Below, in pieces: positions 46,707 to 57,005 of a DNA stretch of 64,000 nt (its first letter is position 1; each line of letters opens with the position of its first letter). The translations under genes were made by a program, and so were the position numbers. The DNA lies in the NCBI GenBank assembly GCA_903861205.1, contig CAIOTC010000020.1:39976-103975 (forward strand), written 5' to 3'. The notes under the pieces were generated by a model that saw only the letters and a program-made list of their open reading frames with translations, was not told where the DNA came from and made no database searches. Source of the stretch: an uncultured bacterium (GTDB lineage: Bacteria > Patescibacteriota > Minisyncoccia > Phycocordibacterales > DATDWN01).

Positions 46707-47852
46707 ATGTCAACTGTTATTTTCAAAGAAAATGGTAAAACACTCAAACAAACTTTTGAGAAAATTTTTAGTGATTTAAATGTTGAGATAAAAGGTAAAA
46801 TTTTTATAAAACCAAATTTTTCAGGCCGGCCACCGCTAATTCCAGGTGAGAATACAAATCCGGAATTTTTGAAAGAACTGGTGGAATTTTTAATTGGAAT
46901 GGGGGCGGAAGAAGTTCTAATTGGGCACGGCGCCCTTTTGGGAACTTTTGATAAACAATTTCCATTCAACCAAATAATTGAAGGGGGTGGTTTTTCTTTT
47001 TTGCAAAAAATACCAAAAGTAAAGTTGATTGATTTGGACAAGGAACCGAAAAATTTGGTCGAATCAAAAAGTTTTAAATTTTTAGTTCCGCAAATTTTGA
47101 AAGGGGTTGATTTTTACATCAATCTGGCGGTATTAAAAATGCACATGGAAACAACTGTTTCGTTGTCGATAAAAAATCAAATGGGGCTCGTGGCACCGGG
47201 GGATAGAATAAACATGCACCACACGAAGTTGGAAGAATCAATAGCTTTGCTTGCCACGCTGATAAAACCGGATTTAAATATAATCGACGGAATAGTTGCG
47301 ATGGAAGGCAATGGTCCACACCATGGCAAGGGTAAAAAATTAAATTTAATTTTTGCCGGTGTTGATATGGTGGAATTAGATTCAGTTGTTTGCAATATAG
47401 TTGGAATTGATTTCAAACAAGTCAAACATATTTGTTTTGCGGAAAGTTTTGGAGTTGGAAAATTTCCAACAGAAGATGAGTTGAAAAAATACAAGGAATT
47501 TAAAGTCAGTAGTTTTTTGCTGGCGTCAAAATTTGAAAAATTCGGCAATATCAACGCTTGGCCAACCACAGCTTGCTCGCGATGTATTACCGCCATAAAC
47601 GAATCCGGCAAACTGATGAAAAAACATCCGATCAAACATTTCAGGATCATAACCAAAATTTTCATCGGTAAAAACAAATATAATGTGGTCATCGGCAAAG
47701 CTGAAGGCTTGAATCTGCCAAAAAATGAAAAAATAATTTGCATCGGTCAATGTACCAAAGAATTCGCCGACAAAAATTGTCTAAAATGTCTGAACAAATG
47801 TCCACCAACCGTAGCGGAAACTTTGGAGTATCTTAAAAAAGAAGTGGACTAA
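46707..47852 (+). CDS. DUF362-like protein with a C-terminal Cys cluster
   Basis: FIKPNFSGRPP...GHGALLG pattern of DUF362. C-terminal CSRC...CIGQC...CLKCLNKCP. Confidence 0.55.
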   Translation: MSTVIFKENGKTLKQTFEKIFSDLNVEIKGKIFIKPNFSGRPPLIPGENTNPEFLKELVEFLIGMGAEEVLIGHGALLGTFDKQFPFNQIIEGGGFSFLQKIPKVKLIDLDKEPKNLVESKSFKFLVPQILKGVDFYINLAVLKMHMETTVSLSIKNQMGLVAPGDRINMHHTKLEESIALLATLIKPDLNIIDGIVAMEGNGPHHGKGKKLNLIFAGVDMVELDSVVCNIVGIDFKQVKHICFAESFGVGKFPTEDELKKYKEFKVSSFLLASKFEKFGNINAWPTTACSRCITAINESGKLMKKHPIKHFRIITKIFIGKNKYNVVIGKAEGLNLPKNEKIICIGQCTKEFADKNCLKCLNKCPPTVAETLEYLKKEVD

Positions 47853-47861
47853 ATATTTTAA

Positions 47862-47925
47862 AATTAAAAGCCCCGCGTCGAGGTATTTCCAGATATGTTT
47901 GGAAATACACAAGACGCGGGGGAAG
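47862..47925. terminator. bidirectional terminator: long GC stem enclosing a second hairpin, between the convergent DUF362 gene and paralogue B
   Basis: gccccgcgtcg ... cgacgcgggg with an inner hairpin tatttccagatatgtttggaaata. The T-run is on the minus-strand side. Confidence 0.6.
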
Positions 47926-48008
47926 TTTGGAACGAGCAAGTGACTCGTTTGAACCACTTGCAAAATAACTATTGGTGGCGTGAGCGGGTGGCATGTGAGC
48001 TATGCTAG

Positions 48009-50801
48009 TTACTTCGTCACCGTGACAGAGCAGGTTGGTTTGAGCACTTGACCACTGCTGTCCTGAACGAAGCCTTGGTAGACTTGCGTGCCAATGTTGC
48101 CGGGTGTGATGGTCGTCAACTGGTTGAACGGCGATGTGGAGTACACCATGCCTGGCAGATTGAAAATGTATGGCGAGTAACCTCCTGATGCGTTTGCTGT
48201 GTATGTTGCACTCGCTCCCAACTTGATCAAGGAAGGAGTGATGTAGCAACTAGTGGCAAATGGAACCGGAGAAGGCGGTGGGGGTGGAGCGGACACTGTC
48301 ACCTGCGGACAATTGACTGTAATTTGTCGCGGAGGTGATGCGGAGTCGGTCATCATGACTGAAGCATTGTAGACACCGGCATAGTTGTAGATCTGCGAAG
48401 CGCTGGAAACATCACCACCGGAAGCGCCTGTCCAGAAAAAGTGAACCGCGCCGATGTTGTTGTAACCGGCTCCATAGTACGCGGTGTTGCCGGCTTGCAG
48501 GGTAATCGGATTGAGTGAACCGTTGACCGCGCACGAACCAGTGAAAGACGGCAGAGGTGGCGGTTGAACAACTGGTGGTGTCGAGTTTGTGGCAGTTGTC
48601 ACCACAAGTTGTGGTCGAAGGGTTGCGTCCGAATACAGCGGACTCCAAAATGTGTTGTGCACATCTGGGCCGTTAACTGTTGGCCGGAGCATAATCCCGT
48701 AGTTTGGAAATGTTCCGTTTTGCCAGCCATTGTATAGAGAGGTGATATCAATTTCATACCACTGACCGTAGACTGGTTGTGGGAGAGTGGTGATATTGAC
48801 CGATGCCGGTTTGGCCGACCACTTCGTTACGCCATTCCAGTCGGAAGTTACTCGGTCGAGAATGATCCCACTGAGAGATCCTCCCTCGACGTACTTGTAT
48901 AGGCGTAGGACTATTTTTGATCCTGGTGCGGAAATGTTGAATTTGATCAGGCAGTAGTAGTAATCGCCCCATCCACCGATACGACATTCCGCATTTTGCA
49001 TACCACCACCATAGTAGTTACTCGACAGCCAAACCACAGTGCTGTTGGCGGAGGTGAGAGTGATTGTTGTCGTGCCGGAAACTCGCGTTGCCACGACATT
49101 GACTGTTCGCGTTTTGGACGCCGACAATCCACCGTTGTCCGTAACAGAATAAGTCAATGTGTAAGTGCCAGCGACAGCAGTGTTGACTGAACCGCTGACC
49201 ACAACTCTGCTCGTGATGTTTCCATCCTCGGCATCAGTCGCGGTGTAACCCGGCTCGACAAATTGTGCGCCGACGTTGAGTGAAAGCGGATTTGCTCCGG
49301 AGAGCGTCAGGGTTGGCACGGTGTTTAGTGGAGGTGGTGACGGAGATGAAGATACATATTTCAAGACCAAACGTGGTCTAAAATTTGCATCAGCATATTC
49401 CGAACTGCGAAAAGTATTGTGCACATCACTGGCAACCGATGTTGGTCGCAATCTGATGCCGTAGTTTGGGTAGCTACCGTTCTGCCAACCGTTGTAGAGG
49501 CTGGTGATGTCGATAGTGTACCACTGACCATCCACCGGTGGCGGAAGCGTGGAGAGATTGACGGCCGACGGTTGATTCAACCATCGGGTACTTTCTGTCC
49601 AACTGCTTGTGACACGGTCGGAGTAAATTCCACTGCGATTTCCTCCCTCTGCGTACTTGTAGAATTGAAGTCCCGCATAGTCTACAATGGAAGGTTGACC
49701 GTATAGGCTGAATTTGAAGAGACAATAGTAATAGTCTCCCCATCCGCCAATACGACACTCGTTGTTGTCCATACCACCGCCGTAATAGATATTGGTAATC
49801 CAAACATCTTCACTGTTGGTGGGACCAAAGGTGGTAACAGTGGCTAGCGAATCCGCCATTTGTGTGAATATTTGCTTTTGCGTGGTGGAATTGTCCAGCA
49901 GGTACGAGTCACTCAATGAGTGGACATCAAAAGCGTGTCTCATTTCTGTAAGGTTTATTCCGCTAAAGATGCCTGTTATGTCAGACTGGGTGATGATCTG
50001 GCCCAGTACAGTTGCAACAACTACACTCCCAGGATCGATGCACGATCTTTTGCTATTGTCGGTAACATTCCAGGGTAACGGATCATCACTTGCGCTAAAT
50101 CCGCTAAACGGAATGTATTTGAGTAGACTGAGATACTCAATGATATCATTACATTGAGTGGTATACCTGTTGTGCCCGTCAGCAACACTGTGAGCTACAC
50201 CGGCAATGTTGATTACTTGGAGCGTGTTTGGCTGGAAGAATGTACTCGTATTTGTGGCGAGCAATGCTTCCCGATATTTGATGTTGTAGGCTTCGTTCAC
50301 GAACAGTGAACCTTGACTGTGACCCACAAGGACAACTCGGTAACCTGCGACCCACTGATTGAAAATTTCATCAGTGACTAACTTGAGGTCAGGGTCACCT
50401 TGCACAACACTTCTGTCGGTGTTCCTAATGAATGTACCGACGAGGTTCAACAGATTCAAGTCCGAGATGGCTTTGTTCGCCAGGTCGTTCAGCTGGCCTT
50501 GAAGCCGATCCAGCTCAATCTGACCTTTTGATTGTTTGAGGTCGTCGCGAAAGCCCTGGCTTTGGTTGTAGACGGGGACGAACTTGACACAGTTCGGGTC
50601 GAGGTTTCGGGATGTTAAGGAAGATTTGAATTTTACTTCATAACCCCTAACATCTTTATTCCATGTCCCCGAATCTGGCACCAAAATCCCGTTAACCCAG
50701 ATAAACGCAGTCTTACCTTGGGGACAAGTCTGCGCCATTAGTATGCCACTGGACAGGACCAGAAGCAGAAAAACTACCGTGAAATTCAGAATGGTTTTCA
50801 T
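48009..50801 (-). CDS. secreted lipase-like alpha/beta hydrolase (GHSQGS) with two tandem about 140-aa beta-domain repeats, an Ig-like domain and the shared C-terminal domain; paralogue B
   Basis: First 21 aa identical to paralogue A. VVLVGHSQGS. Tandem repeats YYGGGM(D/Q)N(N/A)ECRIGGWGDYYYC...GWQNG...NYGI(R/M)LRP. Ig-like GYTATDAEDGNIT...GTYTLTYSVTDNGG. C-terminal ...PTCSVTVTK. Confidence 0.7.
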   Translation of the reverse strand: MKTILNFTVVFLLLVLSSGILMAQTCPQGKTAFIWVNGILVPDSGTWNKDVRGYEVKFKSSLTSRNLDPNCVKFVPVYNQSQGFRDDLKQSKGQIELDRLQGQLNDLANKAISDLNLLNLVGTFIRNTDRSVVQGDPDLKLVTDEIFNQWVAGYRVVLVGHSQGSLFVNEAYNIKYREALLATNTSTFFQPNTLQVINIAGVAHSVADGHNRYTTQCNDIIEYLSLLKYIPFSGFSASDDPLPWNVTDNSKRSCIDPGSVVVATVLGQIITQSDITGIFSGINLTEMRHAFDVHSLSDSYLLDNSTTQKQIFTQMADSLATVTTFGPTNSEDVWITNIYYGGGMDNNECRIGGWGDYYYCLFKFSLYGQPSIVDYAGLQFYKYAEGGNRSGIYSDRVTSSWTESTRWLNQPSAVNLSTLPPPVDGQWYTIDITSLYNGWQNGSYPNYGIRLRPTSVASDVHNTFRSSEYADANFRPRLVLKYVSSSPSPPPLNTVPTLTLSGANPLSLNVGAQFVEPGYTATDAEDGNITSRVVVSGSVNTAVAGTYTLTYSVTDNGGLSASKTRTVNVVATRVSGTTTITLTSANSTVVWLSSNYYGGGMQNAECRIGGWGDYYYCLIKFNISAPGSKIVLRLYKYVEGGSLSGIILDRVTSDWNGVTKWSAKPASVNITTLPQPVYGQWYEIDITSLYNGWQNGTFPNYGIMLRPTVNGPDVHNTFWSPLYSDATLRPQLVVTTATNSTPPVVQPPPLPSFTGSCAVNGSLNPITLQAGNTAYYGAGYNNIGAVHFFWTGASGGDVSSASQIYNYAGVYNASVMMTDSASPPRQITVNCPQVTVSAPPPPPSPVPFATSCYITPSLIKLGASATYTANASGGYSPYIFNLPGMVYSTSPFNQLTTITPGNIGTQVYQGFVQDSSGQVLKPTCSVTVTK

Positions 50802-50982
50802 ACCACCCCTTTTTGAGATTCACCTATGGTAATACACTACCAACTTGATCAATCGTCACCGCTCTTTTATTTCAAAGAACAACAACGATGGACCATATTG
50901 ATGTGACCCATGGTGTAGATCTGATTTAAGACTGTACTATTTTGGAGAGAAAGTCAATGTTGACAATATTGATTTATATATT

Positions 50983-51843
50983 TTAATATTGACCCTGAAC
51001 AATGGGCTGGGTGCAATCTTCCGAACTAAGATAAATCGACGGGCCAGCGAAAGGTAGAGCCAGCCTATTATGTTCCTCGTATATTTTCTTTCTTTCCGGT
51101 GTATTTTTAACCAAATTATGTAAAAACTGTCCATTACCATCAGATGGATTCAGGCCAAATTCTGTATATGTATAACAATTGTCTAAAGCAAATTCTTTCA
51201 GCAATAATTTTACATAATAATCATGATCTCCATTAGTCAATAAGACCTCTTGCGTCACTTTCATTTCTGCTCTCAATATTCGTCGTATTAGATCGTTTCC
51301 CGGATACATAAACACAATCTCTCTCTGCAAATCATCTCTAACACCGTCATGGTCAGAGTCGATGCCGGCGAGTGTCACTTTTCCAGCTTCACCTGGGTCT
51401 GGCGGAAGTGTAACTGAAATGTCGGTTACTGCAAAGCGAACGATTTTGGATGTTTTCACTCCATTGAAATACAAAACAAAAGAAACAGTTTGCGGTTTAG
51501 AGAGCCATTCTGTCGGAGCTACAAGAGTGCCAGAAAAAGTTCCGTCAGCATTTTTTGAAAGTTGAACTTGCTCGGACGGAATTGTTGTTGTATCAATAGT
51601 TTTCAAATAAGCAGATGTGATTGTTGTTGAATTTTCCGGTGTTAGAATGAACGAAAGTGTGACAGGTGTTAGCGGTTGTGCATTTGTTGTTTGAACTAAG
51701 GCGGTTTCCGGAGAGACAACTATTGCTACCGGCGGATTTACGCGCGATTCCCTTTGGTGCAAAATATATGAGAAAACAGCGTAGGAAATGGCAAGGATAA
51801 TTAAGATAGCACCGACAACCAAAACAAATTTCTTAGATTTCAT
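50983..51843 (-). CDS. membrane-anchored extracytoplasmic hypothetical protein (286 aa)
   Basis: N-terminal TM helix KFVLVVGAILIILAISYAVF. No recognisable catalytic motif. Confidence 0.5.
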   Translation of the reverse strand: MKSKKFVLVVGAILIILAISYAVFSYILHQRESRVNPPVAIVVSPETALVQTTNAQPLTPVTLSFILTPENSTTITSAYLKTIDTTTIPSEQVQLSKNADGTFSGTLVAPTEWLSKPQTVSFVLYFNGVKTSKIVRFAVTDISVTLPPDPGEAGKVTLAGIDSDHDGVRDDLQREIVFMYPGNDLIRRILRAEMKVTQEVLLTNGDHDYYVKLLLKEFALDNCYTYTEFGLNPSDGNGQFLHNLVKNTPERKKIYEEHNRLALPFAGPSIYLSSEDCTQPIVQGQY

Positions 51844-51892
51844 ATTATTATAACTATACCATTATATATCAATAAGTGCTACTATATGTTAT

Positions 51893-52843
51893 ATGAAAAC
51901 ACACAAATATCTCCTCGTGGTTTTGTTAATAATCGTTCCAGCGGTTTCCATAGCTTCGATTGACGCCAACTTATCTTTCGGAAGTCGGGGACAAGCTGTC
52001 ACTGATCTGCAAAATTTACTCATTGGCAAAGGATTTTTGAGTGGCCAAGCCAGTGGCGGATTTTATTCGTTGACCAAGAGGGCTGTTGTAACATACCAAT
52101 CATCCTTCGGCTTGCCGGCGACAGGATTTGTCGGGCCGATGACGCGAGAAAAAATAAACAAGGAATTAGTTTCAACACAACTTCCGATTGCTGCGCCGGC
52201 AATACAAACAATACCAGCTCAAACATCACCAACCACAACAATAGTACCCGCTGTTTATTCAACCGGCACAACATTTATACCTACACCGGTTTCCATAAAT
52301 CCGACACCAGATGTTACTCCCACTTATATCACAGAAAACACACCCTTTGGTCCGATAACATATTTATCCACAATTGACTCTGCAGCAAAAGCAAAAATTT
52401 TTGCAGACGTGCAGGCATTGGCTACGGAGGCAGCAAAAAATGGATTGGTGAATTTTGCGCCACTTCCTACTCCAGCACAACCACCAACAGATGCGGAATC
52501 AATGGCTATAATCAACTCTCTCAAAGCAATGCATGATGCGTGTACCGAACAACCCAAATTAGCTTTTCAGGCCGACAGAGGTGTTGGTGCAGCGCAGGTT
52601 GTTTTTCGAGCTTCATACAGCGCCGCCTGCATTGTTGATCCAAACATGACATGGTTATTTTCTGATGGAAATCCTAATGATGCAAAGTCTGGAACACTCG
52701 GAAGTGGATGGGCGTTTGGCAGGTTAAACTCATCTACCGTGTACAATCTAGCCATCTATTCTTTCAGTGGAGTGTACCCCGGAATCACTAGTTTTACATT
52801 TGCGGTAGGAAATACAACTGCAGTAGCTACAATTTATAAATAG
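51893..52843 (+). CDS. secreted protein with an N-terminal peptidoglycan-binding (PG_binding_1-like) domain
   Basis: Signal peptide followed by GQAVTDLQNLLIGKGFL...GFYSLTKRAVVTYQSSFGLPATGFVGPMT. Confidence 0.6.
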   Translation: MKTHKYLLVVLLIIVPAVSIASIDANLSFGSRGQAVTDLQNLLIGKGFLSGQASGGFYSLTKRAVVTYQSSFGLPATGFVGPMTREKINKELVSTQLPIAAPAIQTIPAQTSPTTTIVPAVYSTGTTFIPTPVSINPTPDVTPTYITENTPFGPITYLSTIDSAAKAKIFADVQALATEAAKNGLVNFAPLPTPAQPPTDAESMAIINSLKAMHDACTEQPKLAFQADRGVGAAQVVFRASYSAACIVDPNMTWLFSDGNPNDAKSGTLGSGWAFGRLNSSTVYNLAIYSFSGVYPGITSFTFAVGNTTAVATIYK

Positions 52844-52864
52844 ACAAGTATTTATAATAAATAT

Positions 52865-53566
52865 ATGATAACGATTTTTACCCTAAACTTATGGAGATAT
52901 TATGATTTTGATTTGAGGTTGTCAAACATTGAAAAGGTAATCAAAAATAAAAGTCCTGACATTATTTTCTTGCAAGAGGTTCAAATAGACACTACCTTAT
53001 CTTTTTTTTCACAAGTTGAAATCATAAAAAAATTATTGCCGGAATATGAATATTCAATTCATTCCACAATCTATCCTAAAGAATTTCAAAGAGGAAAAAA
53101 ATTAGAGACACCTGTGCAGCATGGAATGGCGGTTATTTCAAAATATCCAGTCGTAAATTCATTTGAATATTTTTTGAAAAAAGAAAAAGATGAGTCAGAG
53201 CCAAGATCAATTCTTTGTTTTGATTTAAAAATAAAATCAAGAATATATTATTTTGCGAATATTCATTTTACCAACAAGGAAGAATCTGCCAAAAATGAAT
53301 TAGTCGAATTTTTGAATTTTATTCACTCACGCGGAGAAAAAAGAATTATGGCTGGAGACTTTAATATGTTTAACTTACCGAAATATTCCAATTTGTTTAA
53401 TGGCTATAAATTATCATATAATTATAAACCATATATATCGTACACAAAAGATAATGGGTGTTTGGATTATATAATGATACCTGATAATTTTAACTTCACA
53501 CATCTTGAGTTAGTGGAGGAATATCTTTCTGATCATAAGGGTTTATTTGTAAATCTGGATGATTAA
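52865..53566 (+). CDS. endonuclease/exonuclease/phosphatase (EEP) family protein
   Basis: IIFLQEVQ and MAGDFNM motifs, C-terminal SDHKG. Confidence 0.6.
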   Translation: MITIFTLNLWRYYDFDLRLSNIEKVIKNKSPDIIFLQEVQIDTTLSFFSQVEIIKKLLPEYEYSIHSTIYPKEFQRGKKLETPVQHGMAVISKYPVVNSFEYFLKKEKDESEPRSILCFDLKIKSRIYYFANIHFTNKEESAKNELVEFLNFIHSRGEKRIMAGDFNMFNLPKYSNLFNGYKLSYNYKPYISYTKDNGCLDYIMIPDNFNFTHLELVEEYLSDHKGLFVNLDD

Positions 53567-53586
53567 AATCATACTGAATAAATTTT

Positions 53587-54543
53587 ATGAAAATATTTGT
53601 CACTGGAGGAAGTGGATTTATTGGCAGGAGATTGGTTGAGAAATTATCTCAAAACAAAGATGACCAGATTTTTTGTCTAACTAGGGATTTATCAAAAATT
53701 TCTATTTCAACTGCGGAAAATGTTCAATATTTGGAAGGGGATATTACTAAACCGGAAACATATAAAAATTTTCTATATGGATCAGATCGTCTTTATCATT
53801 TAGCCGCGTATGTTGGCTATGGTATTTATGGAAGAGACAAAAAAGAGATGGGGAAAATTAATATTGACGGAACGAAAATCATTTTTGATATTGCGAAACA
53901 ATTTAAAATTCCAAAAATTTTGTATTTAAGTACCGCAATGGTTTATCATCCAATGGGAGAAAAAATTGTTGTTGAAACTGACAATTTTCCAAAAAAACAC
54001 ACAACTCATTACTCCTATACTAAATATCTTAGTTTTTTGGAAGCGCAAAAGTATATTAAAATAGGACTTCCAATAACTGTTATTTTACCTACATCAGTTT
54101 ATGGATATGGCAGCCCGCTTTTTAGTGATTTTGTGAAATTTCTATTAAAATACAAAGTTTTCTTTAAAAGCTTACTCGATAAAAGACTATCTGTTGTTTA
54201 TGTTAACGATGTTGTAGATGCTATTCTATTGGCTGAAAAAGGTGATTATGTCGGAGAATCTTTTATTGTTTCTTCTGAAATAATAACTATCAGAGATTTT
54301 ATAAAACAAGTTGAAATTTATTTTAAAATCGAGGTAAAAATTTATAATTTGCCAATTTTCATATTAAAATTATTTTCTCCAGTGATAGGTTTTATTTCCA
54401 GATTTAAAAAAGGTTTGTATATTAACAAAGAAATATTTAATTTTATAAATGGGAATTTCATTGCTTCAGGAGAAAAAGTAAAAAATAAGTTAGAATGGAA
54501 ACCAAAAACATCTATTTATAATAAATTTGAAGAGATGATCTAA
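53587..54543 (+). CDS. NAD-dependent epimerase/dehydratase family protein
   Basis: Rossmann motif MKIFVTGGSGFIGRRL and a YxxxK-type catalytic region. Confidence 0.75.
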   Translation: MKIFVTGGSGFIGRRLVEKLSQNKDDQIFCLTRDLSKISISTAENVQYLEGDITKPETYKNFLYGSDRLYHLAAYVGYGIYGRDKKEMGKINIDGTKIIFDIAKQFKIPKILYLSTAMVYHPMGEKIVVETDNFPKKHTTHYSYTKYLSFLEAQKYIKIGLPITVILPTSVYGYGSPLFSDFVKFLLKYKVFFKSLLDKRLSVVYVNDVVDAILLAEKGDYVGESFIVSSEIITIRDFIKQVEIYFKIEVKIYNLPIFILKLFSPVIGFISRFKKGLYINKEIFNFINGNFIASGEKVKNKLEWKPKTSIYNKFEEMI

Positions 54544-54597
54544 AATTTGTTCACAATTCCAATATGTTTTTATCATTTGACTTGATATAATGTAGAC

Positions 54598-56181
54598 ATG
54601 CTTAATTTGTTCATGTTATCAAATGTATTTCTTTCGGTCACCTCAATTTTTTTAGCTGTATTTGTATTCTTTAAAAATAGAAGGTCAAAACTAAATTATT
54701 TATGGGCGTTGACAAGTCTTGGTGTTGCCACATGGAGTTTCGGTATTTCCAGAATTGTCATTTCAGAAAGTGTAAAAGAAGCGTGGCTTTGGAATTATTT
54801 TTTGTATATGGGTGCTATTTTCATACCAATTTTTTTCTACCATTTTACACTTGTTTTATTAAAAAAAGAGAAAAGCAAAAAATTCTCTTTGATCGTCGGA
54901 TATTTATTATGTCTAGCCTTTCAAATTCTAAATTACACAAAATATTTTGTTAAAGATGTTCCTCCCAAATTTATGTTTAACCATTGGGTTGAACCAGGGG
55001 AAATATACTATTTCTTTTTTGCTTTTTTTGTTGGTTATTTTTTGTATTCATTAGTTTTATTGTTCAGACATTCTTTAAATCGATCAAATCCGGACAGAAA
55101 TCAAATAAAATACATTTTGATAGGAAGTATTATCGGAGTAAGCGGCGGAATTACAAATTTTTTCCCACAATTTTTTAATATTTACCCATTTGGAAATTAT
55201 TTGATAATACTGTACGTCTTTTTTGTTACTTATTCGATATTGAAATATCAATTATTCAATATTAAATCTCTCGCTACTGAATTATTTACTATCGCTATTT
55301 CACTGGTTCTCTTTACGAGAATATTCTTTGCAGATAATTTAACTGAAAAATTAGTAAATGTAATTGTTCTTGTGGCAGTATTTGTTTTTGGGGTTTTAAT
55401 TGTTCGTTCTGTTATGAGAGAAGTCAAGACCAGAGAAGAAAAGGAAAATCTTGCCAAAGATCTTGAGCGGGCGAATGATCGGTTGAAGGAGTTGGATCAG
55501 ATGAAGTCGGAGTTTTTGTCGTTGGCGACTCACCAAATACGGGCGCCGTTGACCGCTATTCGGGGATATGCGGCCAATGTGATGGATGGTGATTATGGGG
55601 AGATTTCGCCGAAAGTTCGCGGGGCGATCCAGGTCATTGCCACTTCGTGCACCAACTTGGTCGTTATTGTCGACGAGTTTCTGAACATTTCGCGCATCGA
55701 GCAGGGTCGGATGAAATACGACGTGGTGGATTTCGACGCGACCGCTTTGATCCAGGAAATTTTGATCGAGCTCAAACCAACAATCGAAAAAACATCGCTC
55801 ACAATGAATTTGGAACTGTCGGATTATATTTGCATGGCGCACGGTGATGTTGGCAAAATAAAACAGGTTGTGAACAACATCATCGACAACTCCATAAAAT
55901 ATACCAAGCAGGGCGGTATCAATGTTTCGCTGTCGTGCAACGGCCAATATATTACGATAAAAATTTCCGACACCGGCATTGGCATCGCGCCGGAAGACAT
56001 CCCGAAACTTTTCACCAAATTTACCCGAGCCAAGGACGCTTTCCGCACCAACGTCATCGGCACCGGTCTCGGCCTTTACATAGCCAAGCAAATGGTGGAA
56101 GCGCAAGACGGCAAAATTTGGGTCGAATCGGATGGGCTGGGCAAAGGCTCGACATTCTTCATTCAGTTACCGAAAGCTTAA
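54598..56181 (+). CDS. sensor histidine kinase (polytopic N-terminal sensor domain; HisKA plus HATPase_c), orphan
   Basis: About 7 TM helices, H-box ATHQIRAPLTAIRGYA, N, G1 and G2 boxes (..GTGLGLYIAKQMVEAQDGKIWVESDG..). No response regulator adjacent. Confidence 0.8.
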   Translation: MLNLFMLSNVFLSVTSIFLAVFVFFKNRRSKLNYLWALTSLGVATWSFGISRIVISESVKEAWLWNYFLYMGAIFIPIFFYHFTLVLLKKEKSKKFSLIVGYLLCLAFQILNYTKYFVKDVPPKFMFNHWVEPGEIYYFFFAFFVGYFLYSLVLLFRHSLNRSNPDRNQIKYILIGSIIGVSGGITNFFPQFFNIYPFGNYLIILYVFFVTYSILKYQLFNIKSLATELFTIAISLVLFTRIFFADNLTEKLVNVIVLVAVFVFGVLIVRSVMREVKTREEKENLAKDLERANDRLKELDQMKSEFLSLATHQIRAPLTAIRGYAANVMDGDYGEISPKVRGAIQVIATSCTNLVVIVDEFLNISRIEQGRMKYDVVDFDATALIQEILIELKPTIEKTSLTMNLELSDYICMAHGDVGKIKQVVNNIIDNSIKYTKQGGINVSLSCNGQYITIKISDTGIGIAPEDIPKLFTKFTRAKDAFRTNVIGTGLGLYIAKQMVEAQDGKIWVESDGLGKGSTFFIQLPKA

Positions 56182-56262
56182 TAGTCGCTGCACCCTTAAA
56201 TTTCATTCGCCATAGACGGCGAATGATTGAATTTCTTTAAGAAAAATGTATAAATTACTGGT

Positions 56263-56964
56263 ATGACACAGGAACATGCGTGGGATAGGGAATATAGAGA
56301 GTCGAAATTTTTGGTAAAAGAAAATAAGCCACAGGCCGATGTGGTGCGTTTTGTGAAGTGGCTGAAAAAAATTTCAGGACACCCGGTGTCTGGGAATCTT
56401 GACACCGGGTGTCCTGAAGTTCTGGATCTGGGTTCCGGGACTGGTCGCAACAGTTTTTATTTTACACAACTTGGCGCAAAAGTAACCAGTTTTGAAATTT
56501 CTGAAACGGCAATCGCCATAGCTAAAAATTTCGCCCTGGAAGCAGGTCTGAATATTTCGTACCAAAAGCAAAGCATCGGCGAAACGTTTCCGTGCGAGGA
56601 CAATTCGTTTGATGTTGTTTTGGATGTCACTTCTTCAAACTCGCTTTCCGAGGCTGAACGAGAAATTTATTTAATTGAAACACATCGTGTTTTAAAAGAA
56701 GATGGGTACTTTTTCGTCAAAGCGCTGTGCAAAGATGGCGACGATAATGCAAAATATCTTTTGAAAAATAATCCGGGCGCCGAGACAGACACCTACATTT
56801 TGCCGGAAACCGGAATCGTCGAGCGAGTTTGGAGCATGGCAGATTTCGTGGCCACGTACGAAAAATTTTTCACCATTTTGCATCTCGAAAAGAAAACCAG
56901 CTACACCACCATGGGAAACCGCATCTTCAAACGCAACTTTTGGATTTCTTATATGAAGAAGTAG
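56263..56964 (+). CDS. class I SAM-dependent methyltransferase
   Basis: VLDLGSGTGRNS motif I. Carries a palindromic repeat-family pair at 56373-56418. Confidence 0.7.
   Translation: MTQEHAWDREYRESKFLVKENKPQADVVRFVKWLKKISGHPVSGNLDTGCPEVLDLGSGTGRNSFYFTQLGAKVTSFEISETAIAIAKNFALEAGLNISYQKQSIGETFPCEDNSFDVVLDVTSSNSLSEAEREIYLIETHRVLKEDGYFFVKALCKDGDDNAKYLLKNNPGAETDTYILPETGIVERVWSMADFVATYEKFFTILHLEKKTSYTTMGNRIFKRNFWISYMKK
56373..56418. repeat. 46-nt palindrome with 18-nt arms ttcaggacacccggtgtc / gacaccgggtgtcctgaa inside the methyltransferase CDS (encodes SGHPVSGNLDTGCPE)
   Basis: Same GACACC[C/G]GGTGTC core as the copies in uvrA, uvrC and the ATPase gene. Confidence 0.8.
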
Positions 56965-57005
56965 TTTAGTCGACCGAGTATGTATTTTCTAGTATAATAA
57001 AATAT

